Part shown: one piece after another, positions 31,000 through 48,900 of the stretch
Position numbering within the stretch: position 1 is the first letter of the stretch
How the letters are laid out: each line of letters opens with the position of its first letter
Source of the DNA: Eledone cirrhosa
Lineage: Eukaryota
Reading direction: 5' to 3'
DNA length: 64,000 nt
NCBI GenBank assembly: GCA_964016885.1
Contig: OZ024741.1
Location: forward strand, 10,974,001 to 11,038,000
Notes under the pieces: generated by a model
Database searches by the model: none
Told to the model about the DNA's origin: nothing
The model's input: the letters and a program-made list of their open reading frames with translations, nothing else
Program-made: the position numbers and the translations under genes

Positions 31000-33900
31000 A
31001 CTGTTTACTGTAGATATATTGTACTTTACACAGTAGATATATTGTACGTTACATTGTTCACTGTAGGTATATTGTACATTACATTGTTCACTGTAGATGT
31101 ATTGTACTTTATACTGTCACTGTAGGTATATTGTACTTTACACTGTTTACTGTAGATATATTGTACTTTACACTGTTTACTGTAGATATTTTGTACTTTA
31201 CACTGTTTACTGTAGATATATTGTATGTTATACTGTTTACTGTAGACATATTGTACTTTACACTATTTACTGTAGATATATTGTACTTTATACTGTTTAC
31301 TGTAGACATATTGTATTTTATACACTTTACTGTAGATATATTGTACTTTACACTGTAGATATATTGTACGTTACATTGTTCACTGTAGGTATATTGTACG
31401 TTACATTGTTCACTGTAGATGTATTGTACTTTAGACTGTTCACTGTAGGTATATTGTACTTTACACTGTTTACTGTAGATATATTGTACTTTAAACTGTT
31501 TACTGTAGATATTTTGTACTTTACACTGTTTACTGTAGACATATTGTACTTTACACTGTTTACTGTAGATATATTGTACTTTAGACTGTTTACTGTAGAT
31601 ATATTGTACTTTACACTGTTTACTGTATATATATGGTACTTCACACTGTTTACAGTAGATATATTATACTTTACACTGTTTACTGTAGATATATTGTACT
31701 TTACACTATTTAGTGTAGATATATTGTACTTTACACTGTTTACTGTAGATATATTGTACTTTACGCTGTTTACTGTAGATATATTGTACTTTACATGTTT
31801 ACTGTAGATATATTGTGCTTTACACTGTATACTGTAGATATATTGTACCTTACCCTGTTTACTGTACATATATTGTACTTTACACTGTTTACAGTTGATA
31901 TATTGTACTTTACACTGTTTATTGTAGATATATTTTAATTTACATTGTTTACTGTAGATATATTGTTCTTTACACTGTTTACTATAGATATATTGGACTT
32001 TACACTGTTTACTGTAGACATATTGTACTTTACACTGTTTACTGTAGATATATTGTACTTCACACTGTTTACTGTAGATATATTTTACTTTACACTATTG
32101 ACTGTAGATATATTGTAGTTTACACTGTTTACTGTAGATATATTGTAGTTTACACTGTTTACTGTAGATATATTGTTCTTTACACTGTTTACTGTAGATA
32201 TATTGTACTTTACACACTTCACTTTAGATATATTGTACTTTACACTGTTTACGGTAGATATATTGTACTTTACAATATTTACTGTAGATATATTGTACTT
32301 TACACTGTTTACTGTAGATATATTGTACTTTACACTGTTTACTGTAGATATATTGTCCTTTACACTGTTTACAGTAGATATATTATACTTTACACTGTTT
32401 ACTGTAGATATATTGTACTTTACGCTGTTTACTGTAGATATATTGTACTTTACATGTTTACTGTAGATATATTGTGCTTTACACTGTATACTGTAGATAT
32501 ATTGTACTTTACACTGTTTACTGTAGATATATTGTACTTTACACTGTTTACTGTAGATATATTGTACTTTATACTGTTCACCGTAGGTATGTTGTACTTT
32601 ACTCTGTTTACTGTAGATATATTCTACTTTACACTGTTCACTGTAGATATATTGTACTTTACACTGTTTATAGTAGATACATTGTACTTTACACTATTTA
32701 CTGTAGATATATTCTACTTCATACTGTCCACTGTAGGTATATTGTACCTTACATTGTTCACTGTACATGTATTGTACTTTATACTGTCACTGTAGTTATA
32801 TTGTACTTTACACTGTTTACTGTAGATATATTGTACTTTACACTGTTTACTGTAGATATTTTGTACTTTACACAGTTTACTGTAGATATATTTATGTTAT
32901 ACTGTTTACTGTAGACATATTGTACTTTACACTATTTATTGTAGATATATTGTACTTTATACTGTTTACTGTAGACATATTGTACTTTACACTGTTTACT
33001 GTAGATATATTGTAGTTTACACTGTTTACTGTAGATATATTGTACTTTGTACTGTTTACTGTAGATATATTTTACTTTACACTGCTTACAGTAGATATAT
33101 TGTAGTTTACACTGTTTACTGTAGATATATTATACTTTACACTGTTTACTGTAGATATATTTTACTTTACACTGTTTACAGTAGATATATTGTACTTTAC
33201 ACTGTTTACTGTAGATATATTGTACTTTACACTGTTTACTCTAGATATATTTTACTTGACACTCTTTACTGTAGCTATATTGTACTTTACACTGTTTACA
33301 GTGGATATTTTTTACTTTACACTGTTTACTGTAGATATATTGTACTTTACACTATTTACAGTAGATACATTATACTTTACACTGTTTACTGTAGATATAT
33401 TGTACTTTACACTGTTCACTTTAGATATATTGTTCTTTGCACTGTTTACTGTAGATATATTGTACTTTACAATATTTACTGTAGATATATTGTACTTTAC
33501 ACTGTTTACTGTAGATATATTGTACTTTACACTGTTTACTGTATATATATTGTACTTCACACTGTTTACAGTGGATATATTATACTTTACACTGTTTACT
33601 GTAGATATATTGTACTTTACACTATTTAGTGTAGATATATTGTACTTTACACTGTTTACTGTAGATACATTGTACTTTACGCTTTTTACTGTAGATATAT
33701 TGTACTTTACATGTTTACTGTAGATATATTGTGCTTTACACTGTATACTGTAGATATATTGTACTTTACACTGTTTACAGTAGATATATTGTACTTTGCA
33801 CTGTTTACTGTAGATATATTATACTTTACACTGTTTATTGTAGATATATTTTAATTTACATTGTTTACTGTAGATATATTGTACTTTACACTGTTTACAG

Positions 33901-36900
33901 TAGATATATTGTACTTTACACTGTTTACTGTAGATATATTATACTTTACACTGTTTACTGTAGATATATTGTACTTTACACTGTTTACTGTAGATATATT
34001 GTACTTTATACTCTTTACTGTAGACATATTGTACTTTACACTGTTTACTGTTGATATATTGTAGTTTACACTGTTTACTGTAGATATATTGTACTTTACA
34101 CTGTTTACTGTAGATATATTGTACTTTATACTGCTTACTGTAGATATATTGTACTTTACACTGTTTACAGTGGATATATTTTACTTTACACTGTTTACTG
34201 TAGATATATTGTACTTTACACTGTTTACTGTAGATATATTGTACTTTACACTGTTCACTTTAGATATATTATACTTTACACTGTTTACAGTAGATATATT
34301 GTACTTTACAATATTTACTGTAGATATATTGTACTTTACACTATTTACTGGAGATATATTGTACTTTACACTGTTTACTGTAGATATATTGTACTTTACA
34401 CTGTTTACAGTAGATATATTGTACTTTATACTGTTTACTGTAGACATATTGTACTTTACACTGTTTACTGTAGATATATTGTAGTTTACACTGTTTACTG
34501 TAGATATATTGTATATTATACTGTTTACTGTACACATATTGTACTTTACCCTGTTTACTGTAGATATATTGTAGTTTACACTGTTTAATGTAGATATATT
34601 GTACTTTGTACTGTTTACTGTAGAAATATTGTACTTTATACAGTTTACTGTATATATATTGTACTTTACACTGTTTACTGTAGATATATTGTACTTTATA
34701 CACTTTACTGTAGACATATTGTACTTTACACTGTTTACTGTAGATATATTGTAGTTTACACTGTTTACTGTAGATATATTGTACTTTACACTGTTTACTG
34801 TAGATATATTGTACTTTATACTGCTTACTGTAGATATATTGTACTTTACACTGTTTTCTGTAGATATATTGTACTTTTTACTGTTTACTGTAGACATATT
34901 GTACTTTATACTGTTTACTGTAGATATATTGTACTTTACACAGTAGATATATTGTACGTTACATTGTTCACTGTAGGTATATTGTACCTTACATTGTTCA
35001 CTGTAGATGTATTGTACTTTATACTGTCACTGTAGGTATATTGTACTTTACACTGTTTACTGTAGATATATTGTACTTTACACTGTTTACTGTAGATATT
35101 TTGTACTTTACACTGTTTACTGTAGATATATTGTATGTTATACTGTTTACTGTAGACATATTGTACTTTACACTATTTACTGTATATATATTGTACTTTA
35201 TACTGTTTACTGTAGACATATTGTACTTTATACACTTTACTGTAGATATATTGTACTTTACACTGTAGATATATTGTACGTTACATTGTTCACTGTAGGT
35301 ATATTGTACGTTACATTGTTCACTGTAGATGTATTGTACTTTAGACTGTTCACTGTAGGTATATTGTACTTTACACTGTTTACTGTAGATATATTGTACT
35401 TTAAACTGTTTACTGTAGATATTTTGTACTTTACACTGTTTACTGTAGACATATTGTACTTTACACTGTTTACTGTAGATATATTGTACTTTAGACTGTT
35501 TACTGTAGATATATTGTACTTTACACTATTTAGTGTAGATATATTGTACTCTACACTGTTTACTGTAGATATATTGTACTTTACGCTGTTTACTGTAGAT
35601 ATATTTTACTTTACACTGTTTACTGTAGATATATTGTACCTTACACTGTTTACTGTACATATATTGTACTTTACACTGTTTACAGTATATATATTGTACT
35701 TTACACTGTTTATTGTAGATATATTTTAATTTACATTGTTTACTGTAGATATATTGTACTTTACACTGTTTACAGTAGATATATTGTACTTTACACTGTT
35801 TACTGTAGATATATTGTTCTTTACACTGTTTACTATAGATATATTGGACTTTACACTGTTTACTGTAGACATATTGTACTTTACACTGTTTACTGTAGAT
35901 ATATTGTACTTCACACTGTTTACTGTAGATATATTTTACTTTACACTATTGACTGTAGATATATTGTAGTTTACACTGTTTACTGTAGATATATTGTAGT
36001 TTACACTGTTTACTGTAGATATATTGTTCTTTACACTGTTTACTGTAGATATATTGTACTTTACACACTTCACTTTAGATATATTGTACTTTACACTGTT
36101 TACGGTAGATATATTGTACTTTACACACTTCACTTTAGATATATTGTACTTTACACTGTTTACGGTAGATATATTGTACTTTACAATATTTACTGTAGAT
36201 ATATTGTACTTTACACTGTTTACTGTAGATATATTGTACTTTACACTGTTTACTGTAGATATATTGTCCTTTACACTGTTTACAGTAGATATATTATACT
36301 TTACACTGTTTACTGTAGATATATTGTACTTTACGCTGTTTACTGTAGATATATTGTACTTTACATGTTTACTGTAGATATATTGTGCTTTACACTGTAT
36401 ACTGTAGATATATTGTACTTTACACAGTTTACTGTAGATATATTGTACTTTACACTGTTTACTGTAGATATATTGTACTTTATACTGTTCACCGTAGGTA
36501 TGTTGTACTTTACTCTGTTACTGTAGATATATTCTACTTTACACTGTTCACTGTAGATATATTGTACTTTACACTGTTTATAGTAGATACATTGTACTTT
36601 ACACTATTTACTGTAGATATATTCTACTTCATACTGTCCACTGTAGATATATTGTACTTTACACTGGTTACAGTAGATATATTGTACTTTACACTCTTTA
36701 CTGTAGATATATTTTACTTTACACTGTTTACAGTAGATATATTGTACTTTCCACTGTTTACTGTAGATATATTGTAGCTTACACTGTTTACTGTAGATAT
36801 ATTATACTTTACACTGTTTACTGTAGATATATTGTACTTTTCACTGTTTACTGTAGATATATTGTACTTTACACTGTTTGCAGTAGATATATTGTACTTT

Positions 36901-39900
36901 ACACTGTTTACTGTAGATATATTGTACTTTACACTGTTTACTGTAGATATATTGTACTTTACACTGTTTACTGTATATATATTGTACTTTACACTGTTTA
37001 CTGTAGCTATATTGTACTTTACACTGTTTACTGTAGATATATTGTACATTACACTGTTTACTGTAGATATATTGTACTTTACACTGTTTACAGTAGATAT
37101 ATTATACTTTACACTGTTTACTGTAGATATATTGTACTTTACACTGTTTACTGTATATATATTGTACTTCACACTGTTTACAGTGGATATATTATACTTT
37201 ACACTGTTTACTGTAGATATATTGTACTTTACACTATTTAGTGTAGATATATTGTACTTTACACTGTTTACTGTAGATACATTGTACTTTACACTGTTTA
37301 CTGTAGATATATTGTACTTTACATGTTTACTGTAGATATATTGTGCTTTACACTGTATACTGTAGATATATTGTACTTTACACTGTTTACTGTAGATATA
37401 TTGTACTTTGCACTGTTTACTGTAGATATATTGTACTTTACACTGTTTATTGTAGATATATTTTAATTTACATTGTTTACTGTAGATATATTGTACTTTA
37501 CACTGTTTACAGTAGATATATTGTACTTTACACTGTTTACTGTAGATATATTATACTTTACTCTGTTTACTGTAGATATATTGTACTTTACACTGTTTAC
37601 TGTAGATATATTGTACTTTATACTCTTTACTGTAGACATATTGTACTTTACACTGTTTACTGTTGATATATTGTACTTTACACTGTTTACTGTAGATATA
37701 TTGTACTTTATACTGCTTACTGTAGATATATTGTACTTTACACTGTTTACAGTGGATATATTTTACTTTACACTGTTTAGTGTAGATATATTGTACTTTA
37801 CACTGTTTACTGTAGATATATTGTACTTTACACTGTTCACTTTAGATATATTATACTTTACACTGTTTACAGTAGATATATTGTACTTTACAATATTTAC
37901 TGTAGATATATTGTACTTTACACTATTTACTGTAGATATATTGTACTTTACACTGTTTACTGTAGATATATTGTACTTTACACTGTTTACAGTAGATATA
38001 TTGTACTTTATACTGTTTACTGTAGACATATTGTACTTTACACTGTTTACTGTAGATATATTGTAGTTTACACTGTTTACTGTAGATATATTGTATATTA
38101 TACTGTTTACTGTACACATATTGTACTTTACACTGTTTACTGTAGATATATTGTACTTTACACTGTTTACTGTAGATATATTGTACTTTATACACTTTAC
38201 TGTAGACATATTGTACTTTACACTGTTTACTGTAGATATATTGTAGTTTACACTGTTTACTGTAGATATATTGTACTTTACACTGTTTACTGTAGATATA
38301 TTGTACTTTATACTGCTTACTGTAGATATATTGTACTTTACACTGTTTTCTGTAGATATATTGTACTTTTTACTGTTTACTGTAGACATATTGTACTTTA
38401 TACTGTTTACTGTAGATATATTGTACTTTACACAGTAGATATATTGTACGTTACATTGTTCACTGTAGGTATATTGTACCTTACATTGTTCACTGTAGAT
38501 GTATTGTACTTCATACTGTCACTGTAGGTATATTGTACTTTACACTGTTTACTGTAGATATATTGTACTTTACACTGTTTACTGTAGATATTTTGTACTT
38601 TACACTGTTTACTGTAGATATATTGTATGTTATACTGTTTACTGTAGACATATTGTACTTTACACTATTTACTGTAGATATATTGTACTTTATACTGTTT
38701 ACTGTAGACATATTGTACTTTATACACTTTACTGTAGATATATTGTACTTTACACTGTAGATATATTGTACGTTACATTGTTCACTGTAGGTATATTGTA
38801 CGTTACATTGTTCACTGTAGATGTATTGTACTTTAGACTGTTCACTGTAGGTATATTGTACTTTACACTGTTTACTGTAGATATATTGTACTTTAAACTG
38901 TTTACTGTAGATATTTTGTACTTTACACTGTTTACTGTAGACATATTGTACTTTACACTGTTTACTGTAGATATATTGTACTTTAGACTGTTTACTGTAG
39001 ATATATTGTACTTTACACTGTTTACTGTATATATATGGTACTTCACACTGTTTACAGTAGATATATTATACTTTACACTGTTTACTGTAGATATATTGTA
39101 CTTTACACTATTTAGTGTAGATATATTGTACTTTACACTGTTTACTGTAGATATATTGTACTTTACGCTGTTTACTGTAGATATATTGTACTTTACATGT
39201 TTACTGTAGATATATTGTGCTTTACACTGTATACTGTAGATATATTGTACCTTACACTGTTTACTGTACATATATTGTACTTTACACTGTTTACAGTAGA
39301 TATATTGTACTTTACACTGTTTATTGTAGATATATTTTAATTTACATTGTTTACTGTAGATATATTGTACTTTACACTGTTTACAGTAGATATATTGTAC
39401 TTTACACTGTTTACTGTAGATATATTGTTCTTTACACTCTTTACTATAGATATATTGGACTTTACACTGTTTACTGTAGACATATTGTACTTTACACTGT
39501 TTACTGTAGATATATTGTACTTCACACTGTTTACTGTAGATATATTTTACTTTACACTATTGACTGTAGATATATTGTAGTTTACACTGTTTACTGTAGA
39601 TATATTGTAGTTTACACTGTTTACTGTAGATATATTGTTCTTTACACTGTTTACTGTAGATATATTGTACTTTACACACTTCACTTTAGATATATTGTAC
39701 TTTACACTGTTTACGGTAGATATATTGTACTTTACAATATTTACTGTAGATATATTGTACTTTACACTGTTTACTGTAGATATATTGTACTTTACACTGT
39801 TTACTGTAGATATATTGTCCTTTACACTGTTTACAGTAGATATATTATACTTTACACTGTTTACTGTAGATATATTGTACTTTACGCTGTTTACTGTAGA

Positions 39901-42900
39901 TATATTGTACTTTACATGTTTACTGTAGATATATTGTGCTTTACACTGTATACTGTAGATATATTGTACTTTACACTGTTTACTGTAGATATATTGTACT
40001 TTACACTGTTTACTGTAGATATATTGTACTTTATACTGTTCACCGTAGGTATGTTGTACTTTACTCTGTTTACTGTAGATATATTCTACTTTACACTGTT
40101 CACTGTAGATATATTGTACTTTACACTGTTTATAGTAGATACATTGTACTTTACACTATTTACTGTAGATATATTCTACTTCATACTGTCCACTGTAGGT
40201 ATATTGTACCTTACATTGTTCACTGTACATGTATTGTACTTTATACTGTCACTGTAGGTATATTGTACTTTACACTGTTTACTGTAGATATATTGTACTT
40301 TACACTTTTTACTGTAGATATTTTGTACTTTACACAGTTTACTGCAGATATATTTATGTTATACTGTTTACTGTAGACATATTGTACTTTACACTATTTA
40401 TTGTAGATATATTGTACTTTATACTGTTTACTGTAGACATATTGTACTTTACACTGTTTACTGTAGATATATTGTAGTTTACACTGTTTACTGTAGATAT
40501 ATTGTACTTTGTACTGTTTACTGTAGATATATTTTACTTTACACTGTTTACAGTAGATATATTGTAGTTTACAGTGTTTACTGTAGATATATTATACTTT
40601 ACACTGTTTACTGTAGATATATTTTACTTTACACTGTTTACAGTAGATATATTGTACTTTACACTGTTTACTGTAGATATATTGTACTTTACACTGTTTA
40701 CTCTAGATATATTTTACTTGACACTCTTTACTGTAGCTATATTGTACTTTACACTGTTTACAGTGGATATTTTTTACTTTACACTGTTTACTGTAGATAT
40801 ATTGTACTTTACACTATTTACAGTAGATACATTATACTTTACACTGTTTACTGTAGATATATTGTACTTTACACTGTTCACTTTAGATATATTGTTCTTT
40901 GCACTGTTTACTGTAGATATATTGTACTTTACAATATTTACTGTAGATATATTGTACTTTACACTGTTTACTGTAGATATATTGTACTTTACACTGTTTA
41001 CTGTATATATATTGTACTTCACACTGTTTACAGTGGATATATTATACTTTACACTGTTTACTGTAGATATATTGTACTTTACACTATTTAGTGTAGATAT
41101 ATTGTACTTTACACTGTTTACTGTAGATACATTGTACTTTACGCTGTTTACTGTAGATATATTGTACATTACATGTTTACTGTAGATATATTGTGCTTTA
41201 CACTGTATACTGTAGATATATTGTACTTTACACTGTTTACTGTAGATATATTGTACTTTGCACTGTTTACTGTAGATATATTGTACTTTACACTGTTTAT
41301 TGTAGATATATTTTAATTTACATTGTTTACTGTAGATATATTGTACTTTACACTGTTTACAGTAGATATATTGTACTTTACACTGTTTACTGTAGATATA
41401 TTATACTTTACACTGTTTACTGTAGATATATTGTACTTTACACTGTTTACTGTAGATATATTGTACTTTATACTCTTTACTGTAGACATATTGTACTTTA
41501 CACTGTTTACTGTTGATATATTGTAGTTTACACTGTTTACTGTAGATATATTGTACGTTACACTGTTTACTGTAGATATATTGTACTTTATACTGCTTAC
41601 TGTAGATATATCGTACTTTACATTGTTTACAGTGGATATATTTTACTTTACACTGTTTACTGTAGATATATTGTACTTTACACTGTTTACTGTAGATATA
41701 TTGTACTTTACACTGTTCACTTTAGATATATTATACTTTACACTGTTTACAGTAGATATATTGTACTTTACAATATTTACTGTAGATATATTGTACTTTA
41801 CACTATTTACTGGAGATATATTGTACTTTACACTGTTTACTGTAGATATATTGTACTTTACACTGTTTACAGTAGATATATTGTACTTTATACTGTTTAC
41901 TGTAGACATATTGTACTTTACACTGTTTACTGTAGATATATTGTAGTTTACACTGTTTACTGTAGATATATTGTATATTATACTGTTTACTGTACACATA
42001 TTGTACTTTACACTGTTTACTGTAGATATATTGTAGTTTACACAGTTTAATGTAGATATATTGTACTTTGTACTGTTTACTGTAGAAATATTGTACTTTA
42101 TACAGTTTACTGTATATATATTGTACTTTACACTGTTTACTGTAGATATATTGTACTTTATACACTTTACTGTAGACATATTGTACTTTACACTGTTTAC
42201 TGTAGATATATTGTAGTTTACACTGTTTACTGTAGATATATTGTACTTTACACTGTTTACTGTAGATATATTGTACTTTATACTGCTTACTGTAGATATA
42301 TTGTACTTTACACTGTTTTCTGTAGATATATTGTACTTTTTACTGTTTACTGTAGACATATTGTACTTTATACTGTTTACTGTAGATATATTGTACTTTA
42401 CACAGTAGATATATTGTACGTTACATTGTTCACTGTAGGTATATTGTACCTTACATTGTTCACTGTAGATGTATTGTACTTCATACTGTCACTGTAGGTA
42501 TATTGTACTTTACACTGTTTACTGTAGATATATTGTACTTTACACTGTTTACTGTAGATATTTTGTACTTTACACTGTTTACTGTAGATATATTGTATGT
42601 TATACTGTTTACTGTAGACATATTGTACTTTACACTATTTACTGTAGATATATTGTACTTTATACTGTTTACTGTAGACATATTGTACTTTATACACTTT
42701 ACTGTAGATATATTGTACTTTACACTGTAGATATATTGTACGTTACATTGTTCACTGTAGGTATATTGTACGTTACATTGTTCACTGTAGATGTATTGTA
42801 CTTTAGACTGTTCACTGTAGGTATATTGTACTTTACACTGTTTACTGTAGATATATTGTACTTTAAACTGTTTACTGTAGATATTTTGTACTTTACACTG

Positions 42901-45900
42901 TTTACTGTAGACATATTGTACTTTACACTGTTTACTGTAGATATATTGTACTTTAGACTGTTTACTGTAGATATATTGTACTTTACACTGTTTACTGTAT
43001 ATATATGGTACTTCACACTGTTTACAGTAGATATATTATACTTTACACTGTTTACTGTAGATATATTGTACTTTACACTATTTAGTGTAGATATATTGTA
43101 CTCTACACTGTTTACTGTAGATATATTGTACTTTACGCTGTTTACTGTAGATATATTGTACTTTACACTGTTTACTGTAGATATATTGTACCTTACACTG
43201 TTTACTGTACATATATTGTACTTTACACTGTTTACAGTAGATATATTGTACTTTACACTGTTTATTGTAGATATATTTTAATTTACATTGTTTACTGTAG
43301 ATATATTGTACTTTACACTGTTTACAGTAGATATATTGTACTTTACACTGTTTACTGTAGATATATTGTTCTTTACACTGTTTACTATAGATATATTGGA
43401 CTTTACACTGTTTACTGTAGACATATTGTACTTTACACTGTTTACTGTAGATATATTGTACTTCACACTGTTTACTGTAGATATATTTTACTTTACACTA
43501 TTGACTGTAGATATACTGTAGTTTACACTGTTTACTGTAGATATATTGTAGTTTACACTGTTTACTGTAGATATATTGTTCTTTACACTGTTTACTGTAG
43601 ATATATTGTACTTTACACACTTCACTTTAGATATATTGTACTTTACACTGTTTACGGTAGATATATTGTACTTTACACACTTCACTTTAGATATATTGTA
43701 CTTTACACTGTTTACGGTAGATATATTGTACTTTACAATATTTACTGTAGATATATTGTACTTTACACTGTTTACTGTAGATATATTGTACTTTACACTG
43801 TTTACTGTAGATATATTGTCCTTTACACTGTTTACAGTAGATATATTATACTTTACACTGTTTACTGTAGATATATTGTACTTTACGCTGTTTACTGTAG
43901 ATATATTGTACTTTACATGTTTACTGTAGATATATTGTGCTTTACACTGTATACTGTAGATATATTGTACTTTACACTGTTTACTGTAGATATATTGTAC
44001 TTTACACTGTTTACTGTAGATATATTGTACTTTATACTGTTCACCGTAGGTATGTTGTACTTTACTCTGTTTACTGTAGATATATTCTACTTTACACTGT
44101 TCACTGTAGATATATTGTACTTTACACTGTTTATAGTAGATACATTGTACTTTACACTATTTACTGTAGATATATTCTACTTCATACTGTCCACTGTAGA
44201 TATATTGTACTTTACACTGGTTACAGTAGATATATTGTACTTTACACTCTTTACTGTAGATATATTTTACTTTACACTGTTTACAGTAGATATATTGTAC
44301 TTTCCACTGTTTACTGTAGATATATTGTAGCTTACACTGTTTACTGTAGATATATTATACTTTACACTGTTTACTGTAGATATATTGTACTTTTCACTGT
44401 TTACTGTAGATATATTGTACTTTACACTGTTTGCAGTAGATATATTGTACTTTACACTGTTTACTGTAGATATATTGTAATTTACACTGTTTACTGTAGA
44501 TATATTGTACTTTACACTGTTTACTGTATATATATTGTACTTTACACTGTTTACTGTAGCTATATTGTACTTTACACTGTTTACTGTAGATATATTGTAC
44601 ATTACACTGTTTACTGTAGATATATTGTACTTTACACTGTTTACAGTAGATATATTATACTTTACACTGTTTACTGTAGATATATTGTACTTTACACTGT
44701 TTACTGTATATATATTGTACTTCACACTGTTTACAGTGGATATATTATACTTTACACTGTTTACTGTAGATATATTGTACTTTACACTATTTAGTGTAGA
44801 TATATTGTACTTTACACTGTTTACTGTAGATACATTGTACTTTACGCTGTTTACTGTAGATATATTGTACTTTACACTGTTTACTGTAGATATATTGTAC
44901 TTTATACTCTTTACTGTAGACATATTGTACTTTACACTGTTTATTGTAGATATATTTTAATTTACATTGTTTACTGTAGATATATTGTACTTTACACTGT
45001 TTACAGTAGATATATTGTACTTTACACTGTTTACTGTAGATATATTATACTTTACTCTGTTTACTGTAGATATATTGTACTTTACACTGTTTACTGTAGA
45101 TATATTGTACTTTATACTCTTTACTGTAGACATATTGTACTTTACACTGTTTACTGTTGATATATTGTAGTTTACACTGTTTACTGTAGATATATTGTAC
45201 TTTACACTGTTTACTGTAGATATATTGTACTTTATACTGCTTACTGTAGATATATTGTACTTTACACTGTTTACAGTGGATATATTTTACTTTACACTGT
45301 TTACTGTAGATATATTGTACTTTACACTGTTTACTGTAGATATATTGTACTTTACACTGTTCACTTTAGATATATTATACTTTACACTGTTTACAGTAGA
45401 TATATTGTACTTTACAATATTTACTGTAGATATATTGTACTTTACACTATTTACTGTAGATATATTGTACTTTACACTGTTTATTGTAGATATATTGTAC
45501 TTTACACTGTTTACAGTAGATATATTGTACTTTATACTGTTTACTGTACACATATTGTACTTTACACTGTTTACTGTAGATATATTGTAGTTTACACTGT
45601 TTAATGTAGATATATTGTACTTTGTACTGTTTACTGTAGAAATATTGTACTTTATACTGTTTACTGTATATATATTGTAGTTTACACTGTTTACTGTAGA
45701 TATATTGTACTTTACACTGTTTACTGTAGATATATTGTACTTTATACTGCTTACTGTAGATATATTGTACTTTACACTGTTTTCTGTAGATATATTGTAC
45801 TTTTTACTGTTTACTGTAGACATATTGTACTTTATACTGTTTACTGTAGATATATTGTACTTTACACAGTAGATATATTGTACGTTACATTGTTCACTGT

Positions 45901-48900
45901 AGGTATATTGTACCTTACATTGTTCACTGTAGATGTATTGTACTTTATACTGTCACTGTAGGTATATTGTACTTTACACTGTTTACTGTAGATATATTGT
46001 ACTTTACACTGTTTACTGTAGATATTTTGTACTTTACACTGTTTACTGTAGATATATTGTATGTTATACTGTTTACTGTAGACATATTGTACTTTACACT
46101 ATTTACTGTAGATATATTGTACTTTATACTGTTTACTGTAGACATATTGTACTTTATACACTTTACTGTAGATATATTGTACTTTACACTGTAGATATAT
46201 TGTACGTTACATTGTTCACTGTAGGTATATTGTACGTTACATTGTTCACTGTAGATGTATTGTACTTTAGACTGTTCACTGTAGGTATATTGTACTTTAC
46301 ACTGTTTACTGTAGATATATTGTACTTTAAACTGTTTACTGTAGATATTTTGTACTTTACACTGTTTACTGTAGACATATTGTACTTTACACTGTTTACT
46401 GTAGATATATTGTACTTTAGACTGTTTACTGTAGATATATTGTACTTTACACTGTTTACTGTATATATATGGTACTTCACACTGTTTACAGTAGATATAT
46501 TATACTTTACACTGTTTACTGTAGATATATTGTACTTTACACACTTCACTTTAGATATATTGTACTTTACACTGTTTACGGTAGATATATTGTACTTTAC
46601 AATATTTACTGTAGATATATTGTACTTTACACTGTTTACTGTAGATATATTGTACTTTACACTGTTTACTGTAGATATATTGTCCTTTACACTGTTTACA
46701 GTAGATATATTATACTTTACACTGTTTACTGTAGATATATTGTACTTTACGCTGTTTACTGTAGATATATTGTACTTTACATGTTTACTGTAGATATATT
46801 GTGCTTTACACTGTATACTGTAGATATATTGTACTTTACACTGTTTACTGTAGATATATTGTACTTTATACTGTTCACCGTAGGTATGTTGTACTTTACT
46901 CTGTTTACTGTAGATATATTCTACTTTACACTGTTCACTGTAGATATATTGTACTTTACACTGTTTATAGTAGATACATTGTACTTTACACTATTTACTG
47001 TAGATATATTCTACTTCATACTGTCCACTGTAGGTATATTGTACCTTACATTGTTCACTGTACATGTATTGTACTTTATACTGTCACTGTAGGTATATTG
47101 TACTTTACACTGTTTACTGTAGATATATTGTACTTTACACTTTTTACTGTAGATATTTTGTACTTTACACAGTTTACTGCAGATATATTTATGTTATACT
47201 GTTTACTGTAGACATATTGTACTTTACACTATTTATTGTAGATATATTGTACTTTATACTGTTTACTGTAGACATATTGTACTTTACACTGTTTACTGTA
47301 GATATATTGTAGTTTACACTGTTTACTGTAGATATATTGTACTTTGTACTGTTTACTGTAGATATATTTTACTTTACACTGTTTACAGTAGATATATTGT
47401 AGTTTACAGTGTTTACTGTAGATATATTATACTTTACACTGTTTACTGTAGATATATTTTACTTTACACTGTTTACAGTAGATATATTGTACTTTACACT
47501 GTTTACTGTAGATATATTGTACTTTACACTGTTTACTCTAGATATATTTTACTTGACACTCTTTACTGTAGCTATATTGTACTTTACACTGTTTACAGTG
47601 GATATTTTTTACTTTACACTGTTTACTGTAGATATATTGTACTTTACACTATTTACAGTAGATACATTATACTTTACACTGTTTACTGTAGATATATTGT
47701 ACTTTACACTGTTCACTTTAGATATATTGTTCTTTGCACTGTTTACTGTAGATATATTGTACTTTACAATATTTACTGTAGATATATTGTACTTTTCACT
47801 GTTTACTGTAGATATATTGTACTTTACACTGTTTACTGTATATATATTGTACTTCACACTGTTTACAGTGGATATATTATACTTTACACTGTTTACTGTA
47901 GATATATTGTACTTTACACTATTTAGTGTAGATATATTGTACTTTACACTGTTTACTGTAGATACATTGTACTTTACGCTGTTTACTGTAGATATATTGT
48001 ACATTACATGTTTACTGTAGATATATTGTGCTTTACACTGTATACTGTAGATATATTGTACTTTACACTGTTTACTGTAGATATATTGTACTTTGCACTG
48101 TTTACTGTAGATATATTGTACTTTACACTGTTTATTCTAGATATATTTTAATTTACATTGTTTACTGTAGATATATTGTACTTTACACTGTTTACAGTAG
48201 ATATATTGTACTTTACACTGTTTACTGTAGTTATATTATACTTTACACTGTTTACTGTAGATATATTGTACTTTACACTGTTTACTGTAGATATATTGTA
48301 CTTTATACTCTTTACTGTAGACATATTGTACTTTACACTGTTTACTGTTGATATATTGTAGTTTACACTGTTTACTGTAGATATATTGTACGTTACACTG
48401 TTTACTGTAGATATATTGTACTTTATACTGCTTACTGTAGATATATCGTACTTTACACTGTTTACAGTGGATATATTTTACTTTACACTGTTTACTGTAG
48501 ATATATTGTACTTTACACTGTTTACTGTAGATATATTGTACTTTACACTGTTCACTTTAGATATATTATACTTTACACTGTTTACAGTAGATATATTGTA
48601 CTTTACAATATTTACTGTAGATATATTGTACTTTACACTATTTACTGGAGATATATTGTACTTTACACTGTTTACTGTAGATATATTGTACTTTACACTG
48701 TTTACAGTAGATATATTGTACTTTATACTGTTTACTGTAGACATATTGTACTTTACACTGTTTACTGTAGATATATTGTAGTTTACACTGTTTACTGTAG
48801 ATATATTGTATATTATACTGTTTACTGTACACATATTGTACTTTACACTGTTTACTGTAGATATATTGTAGTTTACACTGTTTAATGTAGATATATTGTA

